Source of the DNA: an uncultured Elusimicrobia bacterium
Lineage (GTDB): Bacteria > Elusimicrobiota > Elusimicrobia > UBA1565 > UBA9628
DNA length: 64,000 nt
Direction: 5' to 3'
NCBI GenBank assembly: GCA_903830945.1
Contig: CAIKVT010000058.1
Location: 75,487 to 139,486 of the forward strand
Part shown: piece by piece, positions 35,265 to 44,935 of the stretch
Layout of the letters: each line of letters opens with the position of its first letter
Position numbering within the stretch: position 1 is the stretch's first letter
Program-made: the position numbers and the translations under genes
The notes under the pieces: generated by a model
Databases searched by the model: none
What the model was told of the DNA's origin: nothing
What the model saw: the letters and a program-made list of their open reading frames with translations, nothing else

Positions 35265-35777
35265 ATGGGAATCGAGGGGGCGGTCATCCTTTTGAGGGAG
35301 GTCCGGGTATTCCTGTCCGGGCTGCGTCGAGAGCTCCCGGAAATTTTTCTTAGGCCGACGTTTTTTTCCGCAGTTCCGCCCGCGGTCCCTGTCCCGGTCC
35401 GGGTGCGTCGTGCCGGTCCGAAAGATGCCGTCCGTGAGCTCTTTGAGTCCCGCGTGAAGCACTGGAGCGTACTGATGGGGTTCGCGCCCAAACGCGTGTT
35501 CCTTAAGAATCAGAGGACGCTATGGGGCAGCTGTTCTACGCGCGGCAACCTTAACTTCAACCGGGCCCTGGCGGATGCTCCGGCCGAGATCGTGGACTAC
35601 GTGGTTATCCACGAGCTGGCCCATCTCAAGGAGATGAACCATTCCCGTCGCTTCTGGGCCGTGGTCGAAGCTTGGTGCCCGCAGCAGAAGCAGCGCCGTC
35701 TCTGGCTGCGCCGGAACGTCTCCTTGTTGAAGCATCTCGCCTCGTCGAGCAGGAGCAGGACCCCAGTCGTCTCATAA
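35265..35777 (+). CDS. YgjP/DUF45-family (M48-like HExxH) metal-dependent hydrolase, apparently N-terminally short
   Basis: WGSCS...NLNFN...VDYVVIHELAHL..HS..FW is the YgjP signature. Only 170 aa versus about 230 typical. Confidence 0.65.
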   Translation: MGIEGAVILLREVRVFLSGLRRELPEIFLRPTFFSAVPPAVPVPVRVRRAGPKDAVRELFESRVKHWSVLMGFAPKRVFLKNQRTLWGSCSTRGNLNFNRALADAPAEIVDYVVIHELAHLKEMNHSRRFWAVVEAWCPQQKQRRLWLRRNVSLLKHLASSSRSRTPVVS

Positions 35778-35791
35778 TTTTGTAGAACAGA

Positions 35792-37093
35792 GTGGCCATG
35801 CCGGGCTACACCAGCAACTTCACCTACCTCTCCTACATCATCGGCATCCCGGTGATCGACTCCGTTAGCGGTCGCGTGGTGGGACGCGTCGTCGACATGG
35901 CCGCGGGCCTGCGCGAGATGTATCCGCGCATCTCCGGAGCCATGATCGCGCGCGGCGGCTGGAACGGGCCGCGGGCCTATCTGCCGTGGAAGAGTGTCAA
36001 GTCTCTGGAACTGCGCAAGGCGCTGGTCGTCGAGGGCGCGGCCGAGGCTTTTGCTCAGGAGCCCAAGTTGGGCGACAACGAAATTCTTATTAAGGAAACC
36101 TTTTGGGATAAACAGATCGTGGACATTCATGGCTCCAAGGTCGTGCGGGTCAATGACCTGCACCTGCTGCGCGAGGACCCGAACTTGTGGGTCGTGCACA
36201 TGGACGTAGGCATCCCCGGCCTCTTGCGCCGGTTGGGCTGCTTTGGCACGTGCGACTGGCTCTTCAAGCTGGTTTTCTCTGTCGAGATTCGTGAGAAGTT
36301 CATCTCCTGGAAGTTCGTCCAGCCTATCACTTCCACCATCGGCAGCGACGCTTTGGCCCTGAAGGTGCACCACTCCAAGCTCTCAGAGCTCCATCCCGCG
36401 GATTTGGCTGAGATCTTCATCGACTTAGGCATTGACGAGCGGTTGCTTATCCTGCAGTCCTTGGACGATGCCACGGCCGCGCAAGCCTTCCAGGAGATGC
36501 CCCTGCCCGCGCGCGTGCAGATGGCTGAGACCATCCCGGAGGCGCGCTTGGCGGGCCTGGTCGATGGCATGGCCATGGATGAGGTCGTGGACCTCGTGGC
36601 ACAGCTTCCCAAGAAGAAGAAGGGCGCTCTTTTGCGCCGTCTGCCTCAGGATAAGGTCTTGCAAGTGATCAGTCTGCTGGAGGTCTCCCGGCGCGTGGCC
36701 GGCAGCATCATGAACACGACGTTCCTTTCCGTGAGGCGCGATGCCACCGCGACTCAGGTCCTAGATAAGGTCAAGGCCGAGGCTAAGCGCGTGGAGTCGA
36801 TCTATCATACCTACGTGGTCGATGAGAACGACGAGCTGGTGGGCGTGGTCACCTTGCGCCAGTTGCTGACCGCTCCCGGGGAGGCGCCGGTGGCGGGGTT
36901 CATGCGCAAGCGCGTGGTCCGGGTCAAGGTGGACACCAATATCAAGGACGTGGCGGATATCTTCCTGAAGTACGACTTCACAGTCCTGCCGGTTGTGGAC
37001 CGACGCAGCCGTGTCCAGGGCACTATCACCATGAAGGACGCGGTGGAAGCCGTGTTCCGGCAGGTGCGTAGCGAAGCGGAGACGGTGAAATGA
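35792..37093 (+). CDS. soluble MgtE-N domain + tandem CBS-domain protein (MgtE cytoplasmic module without the TM domain), N-terminal PRC-barrel-like region
   Basis: MgtE_N-like helical region (LAEIFIDLGIDERL...DEVVDLVAQLP). Two CBS motifs (TFLSVRRDAT..., DELVGVVTLRQLL / FTVLPVVD). No hydrophobic helices. GTG 35792 or ATG 35798 start. Confidence 0.7.
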   Translation: MAMPGYTSNFTYLSYIIGIPVIDSVSGRVVGRVVDMAAGLREMYPRISGAMIARGGWNGPRAYLPWKSVKSLELRKALVVEGAAEAFAQEPKLGDNEILIKETFWDKQIVDIHGSKVVRVNDLHLLREDPNLWVVHMDVGIPGLLRRLGCFGTCDWLFKLVFSVEIREKFISWKFVQPITSTIGSDALALKVHHSKLSELHPADLAEIFIDLGIDERLLILQSLDDATAAQAFQEMPLPARVQMAETIPEARLAGLVDGMAMDEVVDLVAQLPKKKKGALLRRLPQDKVLQVISLLEVSRRVAGSIMNTTFLSVRRDATATQVLDKVKAEAKRVESIYHTYVVDENDELVGVVTLRQLLTAPGEAPVAGFMRKRVVRVKVDTNIKDVADIFLKYDFTVLPVVDRRSRVQGTITMKDAVEAVFRQVRSEAETVK

Positions 37094-38394
37094 GCGAAGC
37101 CGCGACGGCCGGCTTGTCAAAGGGCTTCTTCGAGAGGCTCAAGGAGCGTCCTGCCCTGCGTAACTTTTTCATCTTCCTGAGCATACTCGGCCCGGGGATC
37201 ATCACGGGCAGCGTGGACAACGACGCGGGCGGCATCACCACCTATTCCGTAGCCGGCGCCTTGTACGGCTACAACCTGCTCTGGACCCTTATTCCATCAT
37301 TTGTGGCCCTGGCCGTGGTCCAGGAGATGAACGCGCGCATGGGCATTGTGACGGGTAAGGGTCTGGCGGACCTCATCCGCGAGAACTTCGGGGTCAAGAT
37401 CACTTTCTTCATCTTCGTGGGCCTGTTGATCGCCGACATCGGAAATACGGCCACCGAGTTCGCGGGCGTGGCCGGCAGCCTGAGCATATTCGGCGTGAGC
37501 AAGTACCTTTCCGTCCCCTTGGCCGCGGTGGGGGTCTGGATATTGGTGGTCAAGGGCGACTATAAGATCGCGGAGCGTATCTTCCTGGTCTTCAGCGTGT
37601 GCCTCTTTTCCTATATCATTTCCGCTGTGCTGGCCAAGCCGGACTGGCATGCGGTGGGGAAGGGTTTCGTGCGTCCGGAGATGCATTTTGACAGTGACTA
37701 CCTGAGTATGGTCCTCGGCCTCATCGGCACCACCATTGCGCCCTGGATGCAGTTCTACATGCAGTCTTCGGTGATTGAAAAGCGTCTGAAGATCGACGAG
37801 TATCGGTTTGTGATCTGGGACGTGCTGCTGGGTTGCGTGGCGACCGTGGTGGTGGCCTTCTTCATCATCGTGGCCTGCGCATCCACCTTGCATGTCAACG
37901 GTGTGGTTATTAAGGAGGCCGCGGACGCGGCCATGTCGCTTAAGCCCTTCGCCGGGCCTTTCGCCTCGGAACTCTTTGCCTTCGGGCTTTTCGTGGCCTC
38001 GGTCTTTTCGGCCACCATCCTGCCCCTGGCTACGGCTTTCTATGTCTGTGAGGCCTTTGGCTTCGAGGCCGGCATCAATAAGAAGATCGATGAGGCTCCA
38101 CAGTTCTATGCCCTTTTCACCTTCATCATGGCCGTGGCCGTGGGCATCATCCTCCTACCCGGGGCGCCTCTTATCGCCATTACCATCTGGACCCAGGTCA
38201 TCAACGCGATGCTCCTGCCCGTGGTTCTCATTTCCATGATCCTTATGGTTAACGACCGCAAGATCATGGGCGAGTATGTGAATAATCGTTTCCAGAACGT
38301 GGTGGGCTGGGCCACCACCGCGACACTCATCGTGCTGACCGGTTTACTGCTCGTCCAACCGGTGGTTCCCTTGTTTCGGAAGCTCTTTGGATAG
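37090..38394 (+). CDS. NRAMP/SLC11-family divalent cation transporter with non-canonical metal-site residues (NRMT-like)
   Basis: 11-12 TM helices. TM1 GPGIITGSVDNDAGG where canonical NRAMP has DPGN. TM6 TIAPWMQFYMQS where canonical has AxMPHN. ATGA overlap with the upstream gene. Confidence 0.8.
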   Translation: MSEAATAGLSKGFFERLKERPALRNFFIFLSILGPGIITGSVDNDAGGITTYSVAGALYGYNLLWTLIPSFVALAVVQEMNARMGIVTGKGLADLIRENFGVKITFFIFVGLLIADIGNTATEFAGVAGSLSIFGVSKYLSVPLAAVGVWILVVKGDYKIAERIFLVFSVCLFSYIISAVLAKPDWHAVGKGFVRPEMHFDSDYLSMVLGLIGTTIAPWMQFYMQSSVIEKRLKIDEYRFVIWDVLLGCVATVVVAFFIIVACASTLHVNGVVIKEAADAAMSLKPFAGPFASELFAFGLFVASVFSATILPLATAFYVCEAFGFEAGINKKIDEAPQFYALFTFIMAVAVGIILLPGAPLIAITIWTQVINAMLLPVVLISMILMVNDRKIMGEYVNNRFQNVVGWATTATLIVLTGLLLVQPVVPLFRKLFG

Positions 38395-38458
38395 CAGCTG
38401 AGTTCAAGGATAGGTATTTGGATCCAGCAGCCGAGCGGGGGGCGCGATTTTATTCTAA

Positions 38459-41056
38459 CTAGTTCGCGCTGGCAGGACCCAGCCGGCCTTGGGGCTCAGG
38501 AAACGGCATAGCCATTTCAAGGCCTTCGGTCCAGGCTGTTCGCATGAGGGCTAGAGTCTGCTCCGGGCTGCGCTGCGGATTGAAGTAGAGGAGGCCCAGA
38601 GCGCTGTGCAGTCCCCAGGGATTCTGCAACATGATCCCCACTCCGATATTGACCGCATTGCGGTATGTCATGGGGCGAAGGGTCCGGTCTTGGCTTAACT
38701 GAGTTTCGTACCAGTTCAAGAACGCAATGAATTGTGCGATGTGTTCCTTAATCGGCTCCCCGGTTATGGCCCGCGTGCTCTTGCTGGGCAGGGCCGCGAT
38801 CTCCGACAAGACGGATTCGACCAGCGTGTAGTCGCGCTTGTTGAGGGCATCGATCATCTTCGCGGCGTAGCTCAGCATGCCGTCATCCTGCATCAGGTGG
38901 TGCGTGAAATGGCCCAGCCAGGCAGCCACTACGGCATGGTCGAGATCCACGGCATATTCCGGCTCGGCTTTGACGACTTCTTTGATACTGTCCTCGAATT
39001 CCTTGGCCAGCCGGGAATCGGGAAGCAGACGGTACAGGTCTTGCCTTTCCAGGCTTTGGAAGTGGGCGCTGTTGTTGAAGCTGCCTGTGAAGACGTATGT
39101 CCACCTTTGCATGGTTCCGGTTTCCGGATCTTTTTCTAGGACCTTGAAAATATTGGTCTTGTCATGCCACAGGTGGATGCCGCTTGGCACGCCATCCGGA
39201 TCCACGCTGGACGTCCCGGACAGAAGGCGGATATAGCCGAAGAGCTTCATCATCGGTCGGAATTCGGAGGCGAAGGGGAAGAAGTCCATGCCATGCGGAG
39301 GCTGGATCAGAAAGCCCGCCAAAGCGGCCGCCAAGCCGTAGCCATTCGGAGAAATGAATTGCTGGTCGAAGATCCCGTAGATCGTGAGGCGTTTTTGGAA
39401 GTCATCGGGGTAGAAATCCTTTAGGGCCTTGAGATAATTACGCAGAGCGTCCACCTCGGGCCGATAGGTGAGGACAAAATCGCTGAAATCGATTTCGGTG
39501 ATTTCAAATTCGGGCCGGATGTCTGCGGTCGGATCCTTGGCCCTGCGGGCCTTGGCGTCGGTGAGGGCTTGGGTGGCCCGGTCAATCATGATCGTCTTGC
39601 GGCTGTTGGGATTCTGCTTGCCGTTGGTGTGGGCGATTTCCCAGAATTCGCCGGTCTTGAAATTGAGACGTTGAGGGATATTGAGGGATGCGGGCAGACC
39701 TTTGGCGGAAAGCCGTTGGTCGTAAGCGTGGATCTCGATCATCGCCTGATCCAGAACGATCTGGTTTGCCGTCAAGTCTCTGGAGCGCATTTCTCGATTG
39801 AAGCGTCCTCCGAAATCAGGCAAGGGGCCTTGAGTCGTGGCTTCGATGGCATTGAGATTCGCGGTCCCGTATTCGGAGAATTTATAGGCATGGCCTCTCG
39901 GTCCGGTGGCGCAGAAGCCTTTTTCATGCATCAAAGGATTCTCGCTGGAACCGTTGGCGTCGAAGATCGGCTCGCCGCTCAAGACCGTGAGCGGGCCTGC
40001 GCCGTAATGCAGCTTGAAGCCGAGGGTTTCGCGCAGGTACTGGAGAGCCCGGCCTGGTCCGTCATCCTTATAAACGGCGTGTTCGAAATCCGTGGTGGAC
40101 CTTTTGCCTTTGGCAAAAACGCCGGTCATGGCCGTGTTGAAATCCGTGATGATGGTGACTTTGATGCCGGCTTGGACGAGCCTTTTGATCGCTTGGATAA
40201 CGGGGGCATGGCCGGGCGGGGGGGCGTTATCACCGATCTCGTAGTATTTCAAGATGAAGTGCTTCTCCGAATCGGGCATGCCGGCAAAGGCGATGTATTC
40301 GTCGATGCCTTGGGCGACCATCCCCTCGATACTGACCCCGATATGGCCCGGATAAGAATGTGACGCGTGCATCTTGATGGCGGCGTCCATGCTGGGCAGG
40401 GACGAATCTATTTCGTGGGGAGTGGGAATCGGCCTGGTGGGGTCGATCTCTTTCCGCGAGGGAGTCAAGATCGGATTGCCGGCATGGATCCTGGCCGCAT
40501 GCCCCTCATCCAGGGCGTTTGCGGGCACAGTCTCATTTCTGCCAGACCATTGATAATCAAAGCTGCGTTGCGCAAAATCTTTATCTCCCCGCAGGTCGCC
40601 GGCTGCGGGTTTCGGATCCGGTAGGTTTTGGGCAAGACGTTGCAAAACGGTGCGGCCTGGGTTCGCCCGATGCGGATTAATAAAGGAAGTTGCAGGGGAC
40701 GCTTCGAGAGCGGCGGAGTCTGAGGTGAGGGGGGCGGACATGACCGGGGTAGGCTCCGGACTCCGCGAGGTGATGTTTGAAACGTTAGGCTGGATCAGAG
40801 AGGCCGGCATCGGTTCCAGAGCAGCCGCGGTCAGGACGGACGGGGCTTGTATCCTGGGGGTCAGCTGTGGGCTTTGCGAGGCGAGGTTGAAAACGCTAGG
40901 TTGGATCAAAGAGGCGGGCTGCAGCCCGAGTGGAGCGGCGGTCAAGCCTGGCGCAACGGCCTGAACGTGGGATGAAGCCGTAATGGGAGCGACTTGGATG
41001 CTGGCCGTCCAGCCTATGTCCAAGAAGGCCGCTAGAAGTAATATCAGGGTGTTCAT
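38459..41056 (-). CDS. large secreted protein with two PLD-like HKD-type motifs and N-terminal Pro/Ala/Ser-rich low-complexity region
   Basis: Signal peptide (MNTLILLLAAFLDIGWTAS; ATG 41056 preferred over the track GTG 41080). LMHEKGFCATGPRGHAYKFSEYGTANLN and LWHDKTNIF...TGSFNNS resemble HxK...GSxN. Confidence 0.5.
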   Translation of the reverse strand: MNTLILLLAAFLDIGWTASIQVAPITASSHVQAVAPGLTAAPLGLQPASLIQPSVFNLASQSPQLTPRIQAPSVLTAAALEPMPASLIQPNVSNITSRSPEPTPVMSAPLTSDSAALEASPATSFINPHRANPGRTVLQRLAQNLPDPKPAAGDLRGDKDFAQRSFDYQWSGRNETVPANALDEGHAARIHAGNPILTPSRKEIDPTRPIPTPHEIDSSLPSMDAAIKMHASHSYPGHIGVSIEGMVAQGIDEYIAFAGMPDSEKHFILKYYEIGDNAPPPGHAPVIQAIKRLVQAGIKVTIITDFNTAMTGVFAKGKRSTTDFEHAVYKDDGPGRALQYLRETLGFKLHYGAGPLTVLSGEPIFDANGSSENPLMHEKGFCATGPRGHAYKFSEYGTANLNAIEATTQGPLPDFGGRFNREMRSRDLTANQIVLDQAMIEIHAYDQRLSAKGLPASLNIPQRLNFKTGEFWEIAHTNGKQNPNSRKTIMIDRATQALTDAKARRAKDPTADIRPEFEITEIDFSDFVLTYRPEVDALRNYLKALKDFYPDDFQKRLTIYGIFDQQFISPNGYGLAAALAGFLIQPPHGMDFFPFASEFRPMMKLFGYIRLLSGTSSVDPDGVPSGIHLWHDKTNIFKVLEKDPETGTMQRWTYVFTGSFNNSAHFQSLERQDLYRLLPDSRLAKEFEDSIKEVVKAEPEYAVDLDHAVVAAWLGHFTHHLMQDDGMLSYAAKMIDALNKRDYTLVESVLSEIAALPSKSTRAITGEPIKEHIAQFIAFLNWYETQLSQDRTLRPMTYRNAVNIGVGIMLQNPWGLHSALGLLYFNPQRSPEQTLALMRTAWTEGLEMAMPFPEPQGRLGPASAN

Positions 41057-41279
41057 CTTCTTTGAGGATATCACAGGCACTGTAGAATCGTCAGCGGCGG
41101 AAGGCCTAGTCGGCTGAGGTTATGCGGCCTATGTGCCCCTAGGCTTTAGGGCCTAAAGCGGCAGAGCCCGGGAGGCTGGGAACGATAGGTCTAAAGATTC
41201 GTCGGTCTGGGGCTGCGGACCCATGCGGGCGCAGGATGACCCTGATATCATAGAACCAGTCCCGCAGAAGGGCTAAATA

Positions 41280-42650
41280 ATGTTTGAAATGATATCCCGC
41301 CCTAAGAGCGCTTCTTTCATAATCGGATCGGCTTGCTTCTTTGGGGTCTCTGGCTATTGCGCGGGAGCAACCATTTCTACAGTCTTGCCTGCTGCTTGCG
41401 AAGCCGCAATACGAGTCCCCGGTCCGATGGTCGGCGCGGCTGTGGAGATGAGCCAAGCGCATCTTGGAGCCCTCAAGCCGGGAGATCTTTTTGTCCTTGT
41501 GCCCCGACCTCTTGCGAACTTGCCGGGAGCCCCAAGCGTTTCGGGAGTCTTCTCTGCTGCTCCCGCAGTCGCGGCACGAGCTCTGGGCCCTATCGCGCTG
41601 AGACCTCTTGCGAATGTGCCGGATGTCCCTGGTATCTTGGTCCAGTTTCCCGCTGCTCCCGTCCGGATAAGCGTCCCTTATAATGGAGAGAACAGATTGG
41701 CCGTTGCGGCTAGCCGCATCAGTTTAAATGCTGCGCGAACGATCGAGGCCTTGTTTCCGGGAAAGCCGTCGGTCGACTGGCCTGGCGCAGCCGCCTCCTT
41801 GCCGGCCGCCGCAGAGGGTGAAAACAGCGCGTTGGCCGGGAATTTTATTGGCAGCCTGCTTCGATACCACCGTATCGATGGCCGCAATGACGGTAGCGGA
41901 CTCTCCGGAGTTCAGTACCCTCCGCTGGCGGGCGTTTCGCCGGGAGACGACGCTGCTCTTAAGGCCGCAATCAATCAGATGGCTTCTTTTTTGGCTAGTC
42001 AGCCGGGGATCGAATATAAACCAGCCCCTTCCGATCCTCAGGCGCGCGAGGTTTTCCGCCAACAACTGGCCCAGCAGGCTGCCGAGGAGATCGAGCAGCA
42101 TGCGGCTGAGGAAATGAACGTATTGGTTGCGAGCCTGCCGGAAGGGCCGATGAAGATCTTTCTGCAAAAGGCCTTGCTGAAAGCCCAGCCGGAATTCTGG
42201 CGCGCTCCGTCAAGCTCAACAGGCAGATTCCATCCTGCGGACGAGATTAATTATGGTGGCTTGCTGGTTCATTCCATACGCGTCGCTCTGGTCGGGAGGA
42301 TGCTGTCCGAATATTTCGGATTCGACCGTCCTGACCGCATGATGGCGGCGCTCCTTATCCACGATATCCAAAAAGGCGGGATCCCCTGGAGGCACACTAG
42401 CAAGCCAGGCGGCGCTCCGGATTCCGGATATGTCGCGGATCACGGCCCCGTCGCAGCCGAGTGGCTGAAAGGATTCAAAGATGAATGCGGTTTTGATTGC
42501 GAAGCGATCATCGACGATGTGGGCATCCACATGGCGCAATGGAACCAGCCTCGACCCACGCCGCCGCAGACACTGGAAGAGCAGATAGTTTCTTATGCGG
42601 ATTATCTGGCTTCACGGGATGAGATTTACGTGCGGTGGAGAAATCCATGA
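41280..42650 (+). CDS. HD-domain metal-dependent phosphohydrolase with N-terminal signal peptide and Pro/Ala-rich low-complexity region
   Basis: C-terminal HD core (LLVHSIRVALVG...LIHDIQK...YADYLASRD). N-terminus MFEMISRPKSASFIIGSACFFGVSGYCAG is signal-like. Confidence 0.6.
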   Translation: MFEMISRPKSASFIIGSACFFGVSGYCAGATISTVLPAACEAAIRVPGPMVGAAVEMSQAHLGALKPGDLFVLVPRPLANLPGAPSVSGVFSAAPAVAARALGPIALRPLANVPDVPGILVQFPAAPVRISVPYNGENRLAVAASRISLNAARTIEALFPGKPSVDWPGAAASLPAAAEGENSALAGNFIGSLLRYHRIDGRNDGSGLSGVQYPPLAGVSPGDDAALKAAINQMASFLASQPGIEYKPAPSDPQAREVFRQQLAQQAAEEIEQHAAEEMNVLVASLPEGPMKIFLQKALLKAQPEFWRAPSSSTGRFHPADEINYGGLLVHSIRVALVGRMLSEYFGFDRPDRMMAALLIHDIQKGGIPWRHTSKPGGAPDSGYVADHGPVAAEWLKGFKDECGFDCEAIIDDVGIHMAQWNQPRPTPPQTLEEQIVSYADYLASRDEIYVRWRNP

Positions 42651-44935
42651 AGCAATTGCAGGCCGCCGGGCGCCGTCTGTTGAGCGTCGTCATCGTCGCC
42701 GCACTGGTGCTCTTAAGTCCGGGTCTGGGCTGTTACGAGGCCGTGGCCCATGTCGTATGCGGCCAGAGCGTTACGGCCGGAGCTTCGTCACGGGCTGTCG
42801 CGCCGATCCGCGTCGTCCTCTCTGCAGACCTGGATATTCCGCGCCCGGACTCTATCGGAGCCGCTCTTTTTACGCAGCGCTTGCCTTCTATCCAGGCCCC
42901 GGCTCTGCGCGAGCAAGCCATCCCCGCAGCTGTTTCTTTCAGAGCCGCTCTTTCTGCGCAGCGATTGCCTTTGACTCAGACTCCGGTTCTGCGTGAGCAA
43001 GCCATCTCCGATGCTGTTGCCTCGGTCGCCCACCTCGCGGCTGAGACTGGTCGCGCCGCGCCGGTCGTGTCGCCAGTTCTCTTGCCGAACCAGCTTTCGC
43101 TGGCCACGACCGAGGAGCATCTGCGGGGCGGCATGGAACAGCTTGCTCAAGCGAAAACGCCCATCGCTCAGCGGCAGGTCTTGGATGGCATCTATAGCCA
43201 TCCTTCAGCGCGGCCGGATCGAGATCCCGCGGTTTCTGCGCCGGAATCAGTCCGGTTTTTCGGCCCTTCTCTTCCTGCCGTCCAGTCTCCGGCTGTACGC
43301 TCCCCTCCGACAGCTGTCCCTGGCCTGACCTCGGCTGCGGCGGACACACTGGACAAGAAGGCGATGGTCGGGATGTTCGCACAAAGAACCTTAAGCCTGA
43401 TCGGCTTCATTCTAGTCGGGATGATTTTTTCTCACCTCGCCATCGCAGCGGTGGGTAATGCCGGTTACGGCATGCTCTTGGTCTTGGGCCAAGTGGTCGC
43501 CACGGCCAGCAGCCCGTTGAATGGCCTGCTTGCTAAGAAATTCTCCGCTCGCAAATTCATGATTTTCACTACGGCGGTGCGCAGCATCGTCATCTTGGCT
43601 ATCCCGGTTTTCTGTGGATTCGGGGTTATGCACTTCGTGCCGTTGTTGATCTACTCTCTTCTCAGCGGATGGATCAGCTCAGCCATCATGACCAGCGAAG
43701 GCATCTATTTCAAACGCTATTCCGGTTCGCTTTTGGGCAAGCTCAACGCGTTGGCTTCGGTCAATTATATGTCCATGCAGGTGGGGCTGGGGCTGATCTT
43801 GAAGATGGGTCATGTCGTCGATAGATTCCCGATGCTGCCGTTTTATCTTACGGCCATGCTGGGCCTTATCGGCATCATTCCTATCGTTTGGAAGATGATC
43901 CCCGATGAAGGGGCTGAGTCTACCAAAGTGCGCGCCATCGCGCTTGCCGTGCGGATGCGAGAACAGTGCGGCCAGGCTTTGACCTCAGTCAGGACCCATT
44001 GGAAAGAGGCATTTATTAAGGCGGGCGACTTTTTAAAGACCCATTGGAAGGAGACGGCGATTTCCGCCGTCGGTCTAGGATTGTATTTGCTCACGCAATC
44101 ACGCCTGCCGATCGCGGGCGCCCTGCTTTTTTGTATTTTCCGGACCTCTGGATTCAAGAGCTTCTGGTCCAATCGGACGCTGCGCGGAGGTTTAGTCTTC
44201 ATGATGCTTGCCGCCGTGGTGGGAGACCCCCTGCAATATCTCATCATGCCGCTTATGGCCGGGTCCTTGGCGGGAGCGGCCGGGAAGTCCGAGCTTTTGG
44301 GTATGTTGATGGGCGCGTTTTTCTTCGGCCGGCTTATCGCCAATGCCAGTCAAGCCAAGCTTGGCGATATTCGGTTGCCTCTGGTCGGAAAGGTCAGCGG
44401 ACAGCTCCTGCTCCAACTGGGGGTCCTGGGTTTCGTCGCGCTTTGGTCGTGGCTGAGTCTTTTTCCGGGCAATTGGCTGGCTTTAGCCGGCGCTCTGGCC
44501 GTGGCCGGCCTGCTCATGGCGTTGAGCAGCCGGGTGACCGACGCGGGGTGGATCACGTTCCTGGGCGTGGGCCTTGCCTTCATCGCTCTTCCGCTGTTGG
44601 TCTGGGGCAATATCCCGCTCTTGTTCACGAGCGTCTTGATGATGGGACTGTTTTTTGGACCGGCCAGCACGGCGCTCATGGGGTACCTGCTTAAGAATAT
44701 CCCTCAAGCGGAGCAAGAGAAGATGTTCGGCATCGTGCAGGCGGCGTACAACGCCGCGGTGGCCTTGGGCTACGGACTATTCGGCTTATTCCCAGCCGCC
44801 TTCCCGGGAATGCTTTTGCCCATCGCGCTCGTCTTCGTCCTAATCGGGGGAATTTGCATGTTTGCTAAGAAGTTCATGCCCGGGCTGCCGGATAAATATT
44901 TCCAGGGCCGAGACGATTCCTCCCCGAAGCCCTAG
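42647..44935 (+). CDS. MFS transporter with about 230-aa N-terminal Pro/Ala/Ser-rich extension
   Basis: ATG 42647 overlaps the HD gene stop (ATGA); track start is the GTG at 42635. 12 TM helices in the C-terminal 520 aa. N-terminal region has imperfect repeats (FTQRLPSIQAPALREQAIPAAV / SAQRLPLTQTPVLREQAISDAV). Confidence 0.7.
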   Translation: MKQLQAAGRRLLSVVIVAALVLLSPGLGCYEAVAHVVCGQSVTAGASSRAVAPIRVVLSADLDIPRPDSIGAALFTQRLPSIQAPALREQAIPAAVSFRAALSAQRLPLTQTPVLREQAISDAVASVAHLAAETGRAAPVVSPVLLPNQLSLATTEEHLRGGMEQLAQAKTPIAQRQVLDGIYSHPSARPDRDPAVSAPESVRFFGPSLPAVQSPAVRSPPTAVPGLTSAAADTLDKKAMVGMFAQRTLSLIGFILVGMIFSHLAIAAVGNAGYGMLLVLGQVVATASSPLNGLLAKKFSARKFMIFTTAVRSIVILAIPVFCGFGVMHFVPLLIYSLLSGWISSAIMTSEGIYFKRYSGSLLGKLNALASVNYMSMQVGLGLILKMGHVVDRFPMLPFYLTAMLGLIGIIPIVWKMIPDEGAESTKVRAIALAVRMREQCGQALTSVRTHWKEAFIKAGDFLKTHWKETAISAVGLGLYLLTQSRLPIAGALLFCIFRTSGFKSFWSNRTLRGGLVFMMLAAVVGDPLQYLIMPLMAGSLAGAAGKSELLGMLMGAFFFGRLIANASQAKLGDIRLPLVGKVSGQLLLQLGVLGFVALWSWLSLFPGNWLALAGALAVAGLLMALSSRVTDAGWITFLGVGLAFIALPLLVWGNIPLLFTSVLMMGLFFGPASTALMGYLLKNIPQAEQEKMFGIVQAAYNAAVALGYGLFGLFPAAFPGMLLPIALVFVLIGGICMFAKKFMPGLPDKYFQGRDDSSPKP

